Positions 16,890-24,000 of a DNA stretch of 24,000 nucleotides are shown in pieces (the stretch's first letter is position 1; each line of letters begins with the position of its first letter). Made by a program: the position numbers and the translations under genes. The stretch lies in the NCBI GenBank assembly GCA_963778385.1, contig CAVZUA010000011.1, forward strand, positions 208,806 to 232,805, read 5' to 3'. Source of the stretch: an uncultured Alphaproteobacteria bacterium. GTDB taxonomy: Bacteria; Pseudomonadota; Alphaproteobacteria; ATCC43930; CGMCC-115725. The notes under the pieces are model-generated. The model did not search any database, was not told the DNA's origin, and saw nothing but the letters and a program-made list of their open reading frames with translations.

Positions 16890-18071
16890 ATGTTGGCGAA
16901 GCTTGGCCCAGGGACCCTCGGCATGACTTCGACCCGGCGCGGCGGGGCGCTGCTCGCGGCCCTGTTGCTGCTTTTCGCCATCAAGCTGCCCGTCGCGGCG
17001 GCGGATGATGCCTATACCGCGACGGTCACCGTCGACGCCACCTCGGACAGCGTCGCCAAGGCGCGCGATATCGCGCGTATCGACGGCGCCCGGCGCGCCA
17101 TCAACAGCGTCGTCGAAAAGCTGGCGGGCGGACCCGGCAAGGGGAAGCCGCTGAAGCTCAGCGACAACCAGGTCACCGACTTGGTCGCGAGCTTCGAGGT
17201 CGCCAACGAGAAGATGTCGGCGGTGCGCTACACCGCCGATTACACGTATCATTTCAAGCCGAACGACATCGCCAAGGCGATGCAGAGCGCGGGCATCGCC
17301 GCGGCCGATACCAATGCGTCCACCGGCAGCGCAAACCAAGGCCAGGGGGCCGTACCCGCGCCGGCGGCGACCGCGAAGCTCGCGGTGGTGCTGCCGATCT
17401 ACCAGAGCGGCGATGCGGCGATGTTGTGGGACGACCCGAACCCGTGGCGCGACGCCTGGTCGCATCGCCCGGCGGGGACCGGGGCTGCGCTGATGGTGCC
17501 GCTCGGCGATGTCAGCGACCTCGCCGCGATCGACGCGGACCGGGCGCGCAGCGGCGACGCGGTGGGGCTGGCGGCGATTGCCAAGAAAGAAGGCGCGGAC
17601 GACGTGCTGGTGATGATCGCCACGCCGAGGGCGGGAGACAAGCCGGGGCTGGATGTGACCGTGCGGCGTTACCGCGCCGGCCAGGCTGTCGATGCGCATT
17701 TCGACTCGATCGACGCCAAGCCGAACGAAGCCGATATCGATCTGTGCCGCCGTGCCGCCGATGTGATTGCGGCCGATCTCGACAGCGGCTGGAAAAACGC
17801 CAAGGGTGGCCCTGGCGATCAGCAGGGCAGCGTCACCGTGGTCGCGTCGATTACCGGCCTCGACGATTGGATCAAGCTGCGCGACCGGCTGGGGACGATA
17901 CCGTCGGTCAGAAAAGTCGATGTGAAGGCACTGTCGCGCCAGGAAGCGACGATCGAAATCCAGTACGTCGGCGGTCTCGACCAGCTGAAGGCCGGTCTCG
18001 GCGGCGCGAAGCTCGACCTGCAGGGCGGCGACCCCACCTGGCGCCTGGCGCGCACGGGCGACAAGCCTTAG
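16890..18071 (+). CDS. DUF2066-like secreted protein (alternative start ATG 16923)
   Basis: Signal peptide (MTSTRRGGALLAALLLLFAIKLPVAAA/DD), then YTATVTVDATSDSVAKARDIA typical of DUF2066 N-termini. Its position beside purN, as in other proteobacteria, is recalled from memory. Confidence 0.6.
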   Translation: MLAKLGPGTLGMTSTRRGGALLAALLLLFAIKLPVAAADDAYTATVTVDATSDSVAKARDIARIDGARRAINSVVEKLAGGPGKGKPLKLSDNQVTDLVASFEVANEKMSAVRYTADYTYHFKPNDIAKAMQSAGIAAADTNASTGSANQGQGAVPAPAATAKLAVVLPIYQSGDAAMLWDDPNPWRDAWSHRPAGTGAALMVPLGDVSDLAAIDADRARSGDAVGLAAIAKKEGADDVLVMIATPRAGDKPGLDVTVRRYRAGQAVDAHFDSIDAKPNEADIDLCRRAADVIAADLDSGWKNAKGGPGDQQGSVTVVASITGLDDWIKLRDRLGTIPSVRKVDVKALSRQEATIEIQYVGGLDQLKAGLGGAKLDLQGGDPTWRLARTGDKP

Positions 18072-18084
18072 CCGCGACGATCCG

Positions 18085-18645
18085 ATGACCCGGCTGGGCC
18101 TCAACATCCCCAATCTGATCACGCTGTCGCGCCTGATGTCGGTGCCGGTGATGATCTGGCTGATCGTCGGCCATGAATTCGGCATCGCGTTTTGCGTCTT
18201 CATCCTGGCCGGTATCAGCGACGCGCTCGACGGGTTTATCGCCAAGCGCTTCGACTGCCGCACCCGGCTCGGCGCGCTGCTCGACCCGGTAGCCGACAAG
18301 GCCTTGCTGTCGAGCGTCTTTGTCTCGCTCGGCTTTGAACAGTTATTGCCCGACTGGCTGGTCATTCTCGTGGTATTTCGCGACGTGACGATCATTGGCG
18401 GCTTTGTGTTGCTGCAAGCGCTGATAGCGCCGCGCAACTTCAACCCGCTCTACATCTCAAAGCTCAACACGCTGGTGCAGATCGCGCTGGTCGGTTATGT
18501 GCTCGGCCGACTCGGCCTCGGCTTTGGCGACGGCCTGTTGACCGACATCCTGGTGTGGTTGACCGCGGTGACGACGGTGCTGTCCGGGTTCTCCTATCTG
18601 GTGCGCTGGGCCCGCATTCTGGCCGGGGCGGAGCAGCCGTCGTGA
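18085..18645 (+). CDS. CDP-alcohol phosphatidyltransferase family protein
   Basis: Signature D-x2-DG-x2-A[RK]...G-x3-D-x3-D, seen as SDALDGFIAKRF...GALLDPVADK. Multi-TM, 186 aa. Confidence 0.85.
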   Translation: MTRLGLNIPNLITLSRLMSVPVMIWLIVGHEFGIAFCVFILAGISDALDGFIAKRFDCRTRLGALLDPVADKALLSSVFVSLGFEQLLPDWLVILVVFRDVTIIGGFVLLQALIAPRNFNPLYISKLNTLVQIALVGYVLGRLGLGFGDGLLTDILVWLTAVTTVLSGFSYLVRWARILAGAEQPS

Positions 18646-19736
18646 GCGGGCGGGCCTACCGCCTGCTGTTCTGGGTTGCGTTTATCGTCGTCGTCATTTT
18701 CGCGATCGGGCTGCTGCAGAGCATCCTGCTGCCGTTTGTCGCCGGGTTGGTGATCGCGTTCATGCTCGCCCCGGCCGTCGCGCGGATCGAGCGTTGGGGC
18801 GTGCGGCGGACCCTGGCGAGCCTCGCGGTCCTCATCATGTTCCTGGTCGGCGTCGCGCTGGTCTTTACGCTGCTGGTGCCGCTCATCCAGAACCAGGTCG
18901 TCACGCTGATCGGCAAAGTGCCGAGCCTCGTCTCGTTCCTCCAGGAACAGTTCGGCAATCTGATCAGCTTGGCGCAGGAGAAGCTGCCGGCCGACCAGGT
19001 GCAGAAGGTGCAGGACGCGGTCGGCGCCAAGCTGGGCGAGGCGCTGTCGTGGCTCGGTTCGCTGTTCCAGAGCCTCGTCACCAGCAGCTTTGCCATCCTC
19101 AACATCGTGTCGCTGGTGATCGTGACGCCGATCGTGACGTTTCTGGTGCTGCGCGATTGGGAAAAGATGGTGGCGCTGATCGACGACTACCTGCCGCGCC
19201 AGTCGCTCGCGACGGTGCGCGAGCAGGCGCGTATCGTCAGCGACATGCTGGTCGGCTTTGTGCAAGGCCAGGCCCTGGTCTGTCTGATCCTCGCGATCTA
19301 TTACGGCGCGACGCTGTCGTTTGCCGGGCTGGAGTCCGGGCTGGCGCTGGGGCTGCTGATCGGGGTGCTGGCGATCGTGCCGATCCTCGGCGGCGCGACC
19401 GGCTTTGTGCTTGCGCTGGGCCTCGCCGCCTCGCAATACGGCACTTGGCGCGAAATCATCATCGTCTGCGTCATTTTCGCGGTCGGTCAGACCGTCGAAG
19501 GCAATTTTCTGACACCAAAGCTGGTCGGCGACCGCATTCACCTGCACCCGATCTGGGTGATGTTCGCGTTGTTCGCCGGGGTCAGCCTGTTCGGTTTTGT
19601 CGGCCTGATTCTCGGGGTGCCGATGGCGGCGGTTGCCGGCGTGCTGATCCGTTTCGCGCTGGCCCGTTACCGGCGCAGCGCCGTCTATGACCCGCGCCAG
19701 CCGCCGGCAGTGCGCGGCCTGACGCCGTATCGATGA
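18642..19736 (+). CDS. AI-2E (PerM/YfgO) family transporter
   Basis: A multi-TM protein of about 364 aa with AI-2E-like segments (GFVQGQALVCLILAIYYG, TPKLVGDRIHLHPIWVMFAL). I chose the GTG at 18642, which overlaps the upstream TGA. The GTG at 18555 is the alternative. Confidence 0.8.
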   Translation: MSGRAYRLLFWVAFIVVVIFAIGLLQSILLPFVAGLVIAFMLAPAVARIERWGVRRTLASLAVLIMFLVGVALVFTLLVPLIQNQVVTLIGKVPSLVSFLQEQFGNLISLAQEKLPADQVQKVQDAVGAKLGEALSWLGSLFQSLVTSSFAILNIVSLVIVTPIVTFLVLRDWEKMVALIDDYLPRQSLATVREQARIVSDMLVGFVQGQALVCLILAIYYGATLSFAGLESGLALGLLIGVLAIVPILGGATGFVLALGLAASQYGTWREIIIVCVIFAVGQTVEGNFLTPKLVGDRIHLHPIWVMFALFAGVSLFGFVGLILGVPMAAVAGVLIRFALARYRRSAVYDPRQPPAVRGLTPYR

Positions 19737-20410
19737 AGCAGGGTACTTTCGACCTGTCGGTCGTGCCGCAATACCACGCCGCCGACTTCCTGGTTTCCGA
19801 CAGCAACAGCGCCGCCTTCGAGCTGATCGAGTGCTGGCCGGACTGGCCGGCGCGCGCGGTTGTGCTGCACGGGCCTGCGGGCAGCGGCAAGACGCATCTC
19901 GCGCACCTCTGGTGCGGGCGAAGCGGCGCGCGGCTCGTTCGAGGTGCCGATCTTGCCGAGCCGGAAAATTTGCCCGCTGCGGTTGCCATCGACGACGCCG
20001 ATCGGGCGCCCGAGCGATCGCTGCTGCATCTCTACAATCTGACCTTGGAGCGCGGCGGCAGCCTGTTGCTGACGATGCCCGCGCCGCCCGCCCGCACGAC
20101 GATCGGCCTAGCCGATCTCGGCTCGCGCCTGCGGTCGTTGCCGGTGACGGGGATCGCGCCGCCGGATGACGGGCTGCTGACGGCGGTGCTGGCGAAACAT
20201 TTCGCCGACCGCCAGCTGCGCGTCGCGTCGGAAGTCTTGGCCTATCTCGTCGCCCGAATCGAGCGGTCGTTCGCCGCCGCGGCGGAAATTGCCGCCCGCC
20301 TCGATCGGCTTGGCCTCGAAACCCGCCGCGCGGTGACGATCAAACTCGCCCGCGAGGTGCTTGGGGAGCAGGATCAGTTCTCACCACCGAGCGATTTCAC
20401 CGTCACATAG
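19733..20410 (+). CDS. hdaA: DnaA regulatory inactivator HdaA
   Basis: A short AAA+ protein with HGPAGSGKTHLAHLW and box motifs, 225 aa. ATGA overlap with the permease gene. Its neighbourhood with perM and purN matches the hda loci I recall from other proteobacteria. Confidence 0.85.
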   Translation: MKQGTFDLSVVPQYHAADFLVSDSNSAAFELIECWPDWPARAVVLHGPAGSGKTHLAHLWCGRSGARLVRGADLAEPENLPAAVAIDDADRAPERSLLHLYNLTLERGGSLLLTMPAPPARTTIGLADLGSRLRSLPVTGIAPPDDGLLTAVLAKHFADRQLRVASEVLAYLVARIERSFAAAAEIAARLDRLGLETRRAVTIKLAREVLGEQDQFSPPSDFTVT

Positions 20411-20892
20411 TCGATGAGGCGGTGGCGGGTGCTGTCGATCTCCGCCCAGTCGGTGGCGATCACGAAGCGGCAGCGCACGCCGGTCGGGAATTTGCCGTTG
20501 GCGAGCGTGCTGAACCCGGCCGAGCCGGGCGAGGCGAGCGTCACCGCCAATTCGTGCAGACCCGGATTGTGGCCGATCACCATGACCGATTCGGCGCTTT
20601 CGTCGAGCTGTTGCAGGCGCTCCATAAGCTTGTCCGCGCTGGCAAGGTAGAGCTCGTCCTCGTAGCGGATCGGCGGCGGCTTGGCGAAGCCGGCGAGCGC
20701 CAGCTCGGCGGTTTCCCGTGTGCGCAGCGCCGACGAGCACAGCACGAGATCGAGCGACCCGACGGCTTGCGGCAAGGCTTCACCGATCAGCCGCGCGGAC
20801 TCGCGGCCGCGTTTGTTGAGCGGCCGCGTGTGGTCGTCGGCGTCGTCGTCCCAACTCGATTTCGCGTGTCGCAGCAGATGCAGCTGATGCAT
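20374..20892 (-). CDS. histidine phosphatase family protein (SixA-like)
   Basis: RHG-type motif LLRHAKS, a second catalytic His in VIGHNPG, 172 aa. Confidence 0.8.
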   Translation of the reverse strand: MHQLHLLRHAKSSWDDDADDHTRPLNKRGRESARLIGEALPQAVGSLDLVLCSSALRTRETAELALAGFAKPPPIRYEDELYLASADKLMERLQQLDESAESVMVIGHNPGLHELAVTLASPGSAGFSTLANGKFPTGVRCRFVIATDWAEIDSTRHRLIDYVTVKSLGGEN

Positions 20893-20923
20893 CGGCGAAC
20901 CCTCCCGCGTCGCTTCTTACCGT

Positions 20924-21934
20924 CTAGAACATGTCAGGCGTGATCACGTTCTGCGGATTATTCGTCAACAATGCGGCACGCATCGTCTCCGCCGATTTGC
21001 GCCGCGTATCCATCCAGGAATGCGGCGTCAGCCAGGCCGAATGCGGGGTGATGACGACGCGGCCCTCGAGCCATTCCTCTTTCGCGCGATAGGCCCGCAG
21101 CAGCTCCGGGATCGGCTCGACCGGCGGCTCGACCGGCAGTACGTCAATCCCGGCGCCAGCGATATGGCCGCTCTTCAAGAGCTTGTAGAGCGCGTCGAGG
21201 TCGAGGATCGGACCGCGCGCATCGTTGACGACGACTGCGCCGGGCGGCAGCAGGGAGAGCTGGTCGTAGCCGACCATGCCCTTGGTCTCAACGGTCAGCG
21301 GGCAATGGATCGACAACGTGTTGGTCTGTCGCATCAGGTCTTCGAGCGTCGCCGCGCGCTCGATGCCCAGGCCGAGCTCGTGGCCGTTCGGGTGCCGCGG
21401 ATCGTAGAACACGACGCGGAAATTGAACGCCTTGGCGCGCAGCGCCACCGCCGTCCCGATGCGGCCGAGCCCGACAATGCCGAAGGTCTGCGTGCCGAGC
21501 CGTTCGATCAGCGGGTTCTGGAACGACCGCCACGGCTCTGGCGGGCTGTGCCGCTGGTATTCGTGGTGCAGCAGGATGCCGCGCCGCAGGCACAGCGCCA
21601 GCGCGATCGCATGGTCGGCGACCTCGGTCGTGCCGTAATCGGGGACATTGCAGACCAGCACATTGCGCGCCGCGGCGGCCGGACGGTCGAGCTTGTCGTA
21701 GCCGACGCCCATGCGGACGATGCAGCGCAGCTTGGGAAAGCGCGCGAGGTCGGCGCCGGTCACCGCGAAGCCCATGATCATCAGCCCGTCGGCCTCTGCG
21801 CAATCGGCATCGCCGATCTCCGACAGGGAGGCAGCGGCCTCGCGCTTGACGACGTTCACATCGGCGCCGAACACACCCTGTTCCATCGCGTCAGGCTGCT
21901 GGCGGGTTTCGGGAAAAAGGACGGTGACGGGCAT
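20924..21934 (-). CDS. D-isomer-specific 2-hydroxyacid dehydrogenase family (CtBP-like) protein
   Basis: NAD-binding GIVGLGRIGTAVA and a catalytic-region ITPHSAW motif. 336 aa. Confidence 0.85.
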   Translation of the reverse strand: MPVTVLFPETRQQPDAMEQGVFGADVNVVKREAAASLSEIGDADCAEADGLMIMGFAVTGADLARFPKLRCIVRMGVGYDKLDRPAAAARNVLVCNVPDYGTTEVADHAIALALCLRRGILLHHEYQRHSPPEPWRSFQNPLIERLGTQTFGIVGLGRIGTAVALRAKAFNFRVVFYDPRHPNGHELGLGIERAATLEDLMRQTNTLSIHCPLTVETKGMVGYDQLSLLPPGAVVVNDARGPILDLDALYKLLKSGHIAGAGIDVLPVEPPVEPIPELLRAYRAKEEWLEGRVVITPHSAWLTPHSWMDTRRKSAETMRAALLTNNPQNVITPDMF

Positions 21935-21961
21935 GGCGGTTCCTTATTTCATTGTCCAATC

Positions 21962-22039
21962 GTCACCCCCGCGAAGGCGGGGGTCCAGGGGGCAATCGTA
22001 TTGTCGCCTGCCCTGGATTCCCGCATGCGCGGGAATGAC
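21962..22039. repeat. 78-bp REP/MITE-like palindromic element, same family as 15793..15868 in inverted orientation
   Basis: Its reverse complement (gtcattcccgcgcatgcgggaatccagggc...ccctggacccccgccttcgcgggggtgac) aligns by eye with the 15793 copy. Differences fall mainly in the central loop. Confidence 0.8.
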
Positions 22040-22062
22040 GAATCAAGGATACTCACACTTTG

Positions 22063-23076
22063 CTAATCCCGCGCGACCCTCACCGGTTGGCGGCGGGCGG
22101 CGGATTGGATGATCGCCTCGAACACAGCCACGGCGTGCAGCACTTGCGTGGCCGGGATGGGGTAGGCGGGGCCGCCTTCGATGGCGCCGGCGAAGGCTTC
22201 CAGTTCGGCGAGCATGCCGTTGAACCCGGGGTATTCGGAGATCTGCGGCGGCACCGCGACCTGTCGGCCGGTCGGCCGCTCCGCGGGGATCGGCGTGAAG
22301 TGGAAATCGAGGTTGGGCGTGCGCAGCTCGGCGCAACCCTGGCTGCCGAACACGGCCAGCCGGTAGCTGACCGCCGTTGCCAGCGAGCACACCATGCTCG
22401 CGGACATCCCGCTGCGCATCTGGAACATGACGCTGGTGGTGTCCTCGGCGTCGTAGGCGACGGCGCGGCGCAGGCTCGATGCGTAGATCTCGTCGATCTC
22501 GCCAAACAGATGGATCATCGCGTCGACATTATGCACGCCGAGCGCGGTCATCGCGCCGCCCGGCGCCTCGGCCTGGGTCGCCCGCCACGAGCCTTCGGCC
22601 ATCCACAGCCCGGCCGGCGTGTTCTGCTCGCCGTAGCAATGGGCGATCGTCCCGAGGGCGCCGCTATCGACACGCGCTTTCAGCTCGACCATGCCGGGAT
22701 GGAAGCGCCGCGGATAGGCGACACCCAGCGTGACGCCGGCGCGCGCCACCGCGTCGAGCGCGGCGGCGGCGCTCTTGCGGTCGAGGGTGAACGGCTTTTC
22801 CATAAAGACATGCTTGCCGGCGGCGGCGGCGCACTCGACCTGGCCGCCATGCTCGCTATGCGGCGTCGCAAAATAGACCGCATCGATCGCCGGGTCGGCG
22901 AGGATCGCGTCAAGGCTGTCATAGAGCAGGATGCCCTTGTCGGCGCAGAACGATTCGGCCTTGCTCGGCGTGCGGGTATGTCCGGCGGTAAAGCGGATCT
23001 TATCGCTGTTGCCCTGCACCGCGTTGATCACGGTGCGCCCCCAATGGCCGATTCCCACCACCGCCGCACGGATCAT
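22063..23076 (-). CDS. Gfo/Idh/MocA-family oxidoreductase
   Basis: N-terminal Rossmann segment MIRAAVVGIGHWG and the EKP motif (FMEKPF). 337 aa. Confidence 0.85.
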   Translation of the reverse strand: MIRAAVVGIGHWGRTVINAVQGNSDKIRFTAGHTRTPSKAESFCADKGILLYDSLDAILADPAIDAVYFATPHSEHGGQVECAAAAGKHVFMEKPFTLDRKSAAAALDAVARAGVTLGVAYPRRFHPGMVELKARVDSGALGTIAHCYGEQNTPAGLWMAEGSWRATQAEAPGGAMTALGVHNVDAMIHLFGEIDEIYASSLRRAVAYDAEDTTSVMFQMRSGMSASMVCSLATAVSYRLAVFGSQGCAELRTPNLDFHFTPIPAERPTGRQVAVPPQISEYPGFNGMLAELEAFAGAIEGGPAYPIPATQVLHAVAVFEAIIQSAARRQPVRVARD

Positions 23077-23224
23077 GCCGCTCGCTCCTCCCGCCGCTGC
23101 TCCGGCTGTTCTACACCGGCTTTGTCGCGGCGGTCATCATGTGCCGCGGCGGGCGGGCATGACAGTGCCGTCACCGGTCTGTAAACTCGGGCTGTTATAA
23201 TGTCCCCAGCGGGGGAGAGTCGCG

Positions 23225-24000
23225 GTGAGTAAGGGTGCGCAGATCGTCGAGATCCGGCCGGGCGATACGGCCTCGCCAAGCCGTTTTATCAATCGCGAGC
23301 TGTCATGGCTCGATTTCAACGAGCGGGTCCTGGCGGAGGCGGAGAACGAGCGGCATCCGCTGCTGGAGCGGCTGCGCTTTGTGTCGATCTCGGCGAATAA
23401 TCTCGACGAATTCTACATGGTGCGCATCGCCGGCCTCAAAGGCCAGCAGCAGGCGGGCATCGTCACCGTCAGCCAGGATGGGCTGACCCCGGCGCAGCAG
23501 CTCGATGCGATCTACCAGCGGGCCCACAAGCTGATGCAGGGCCAGCAGGTCGTGTGGCTGGCGATGCGTGGCAAGCTGGCCGAGGCGGGGATCGCGGTCA
23601 TCGACCCGACTGATCTCGAACCCGGCGACCGCACCTGGCTCGAACGCCGCTTCGAGGCCGATATCTTCCCGGTGCTGACGCCGCTGGCGCTCGATCCGGC
23701 GCATCCCTTTCCGTTCGTCGCCAACCGCGGGTTCGGGCTGGCGCTGCTGTTGGAGCGGGTCAGCGACAATCAGCGGCTGCAGGCGCTGATCCTGATCCCG
23801 GCTTCGGTGCGCCGCTTTATCCGGCTGCCGGGGGAGCGGATTCGGTATTTGCCGGTCGAGCAGATGATAGGCCTCTTTCTCGACCATCTCTTTCCCGGCT
23901 TCGCGGTGGTCGCGCAAGGCGTGTTCCGGGTGCTGCGCGACAGCGAGATGGAGATCGAGGAGGAGGCGGAAGACCTCGTCTCGGTGTTCGAGACGGCGCT
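23225..24000 (+). CDS. ppk: polyphosphate kinase 1, N-terminal part (continues beyond the window)
   Basis: Hand translation gives [10 protein letters not shown]...[55 protein letters not shown], a PPK1 N-domain. An in-frame TAA sits at 23198..23200. The first start is the GTG at 23225, preceded by GGGGGAGAG. The gene is absent from the ORF track because it has no stop in the window. Confidence 0.88.
   Translation, partial: MSKGAQIVEIRPGDTASPSRFINRELSWLDFNERVLAEAENERHPLLERLRFVSISANNLDEFYMVRIAGLKGQQQAGIVTVSQDGLTPAQQLDAIYQRAHKLMQGQQVVWLAMRGKLAEAGIAVIDPTDLEPGDRTWLERRFEADIFPVLTPLALDPAHPFPFVANRGFGLALLLERVSDNQRLQALILIPASVRRFIRLPGERIRYLPVEQMIGLFLDHLFPGFAVVAQGVFRVLRDSEMEIEEEAEDLVSVFETA

Noticed and set aside
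16827-18443. 538-aa minus-strand ORF opposite the DUF2066 and CDP-alcohol transferase genes
   Set aside because: It spans two well-supported plus-strand genes and the gap between them, and it has Arg-rich composition. This is a GC artefact.
20374-23076. The three minus-strand enzyme genes between hdaA and ppk as a mobile genomic island
   Set aside because: There is no integrase, transposase, tRNA target or flanking direct repeat. The only repeat is the internal REP-like element, and composition looks the same as the surroundings by eye.
22060-23184. 374-aa plus-strand ORF opposite the Gfo/Idh/MocA gene
   Set aside because: It is antisense to a gene with Rossmann and EKP motifs, and its composition is artefactual.
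23196-23201. TATAAT hexamer 24 nt upstream of the ppk GTG as a promoter -10 box
   Set aside because: There is no convincing -35 element at 16 to 18 bp spacing (ccggtc). A single hexamer match is too weak to annotate.

Overview
This is a dense, high-GC chromosomal segment (roughly two-thirds G+C by eye). Its gene content and synteny look alphaproteobacterial. Most of it is core housekeeping. On the minus strand there is a purC-purS-purQ-purL-bolA-grxD string and a tightly coupled rluA-family/GNAT/purB string. The window also holds a solitary purN, ndk, a DUF2066/CDP-alcohol phosphatidyltransferase/AI-2E permease/hdaA operon, and the 5' part of ppk1. I found no rRNA, tRNA, CRISPR array, transposase or integrase. 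No intergenic gap exceeds about 170 bp.

The non-core content is:
- A HlyD-type adaptor gene translationally coupled to a CDF-like membrane protein whose canonical metal-ligand residues appear to be replaced. This is my best candidate for an undescribed system, but I cannot prove it without searches.
- A toxin-first RelE/ParE + XRE-HTH module wedged directly behind purB. The toxin is split by a 1-nt frameshift in a G5/C5 run.
- A TauD/TfdA dioxygenase + MBL-fold hydrolase pair.
- A block of three minus-strand enzyme genes between hdaA and ppk1.
- At least five copies of REP/MITE-like palindromic intergenic elements. One fills the purQ-purL spacer and carries an exact 18-bp tandem duplication that duplicates the purL start codon.
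- A 47-codon aa3 oxidase subunit-IV-like ORF, below the ORF-track cutoff, found by hand translation.

Many long ORFs in the track are antisense or out-of-frame GC artefacts and were rejected. All family calls come from motif recognition by eye. No database search was run.
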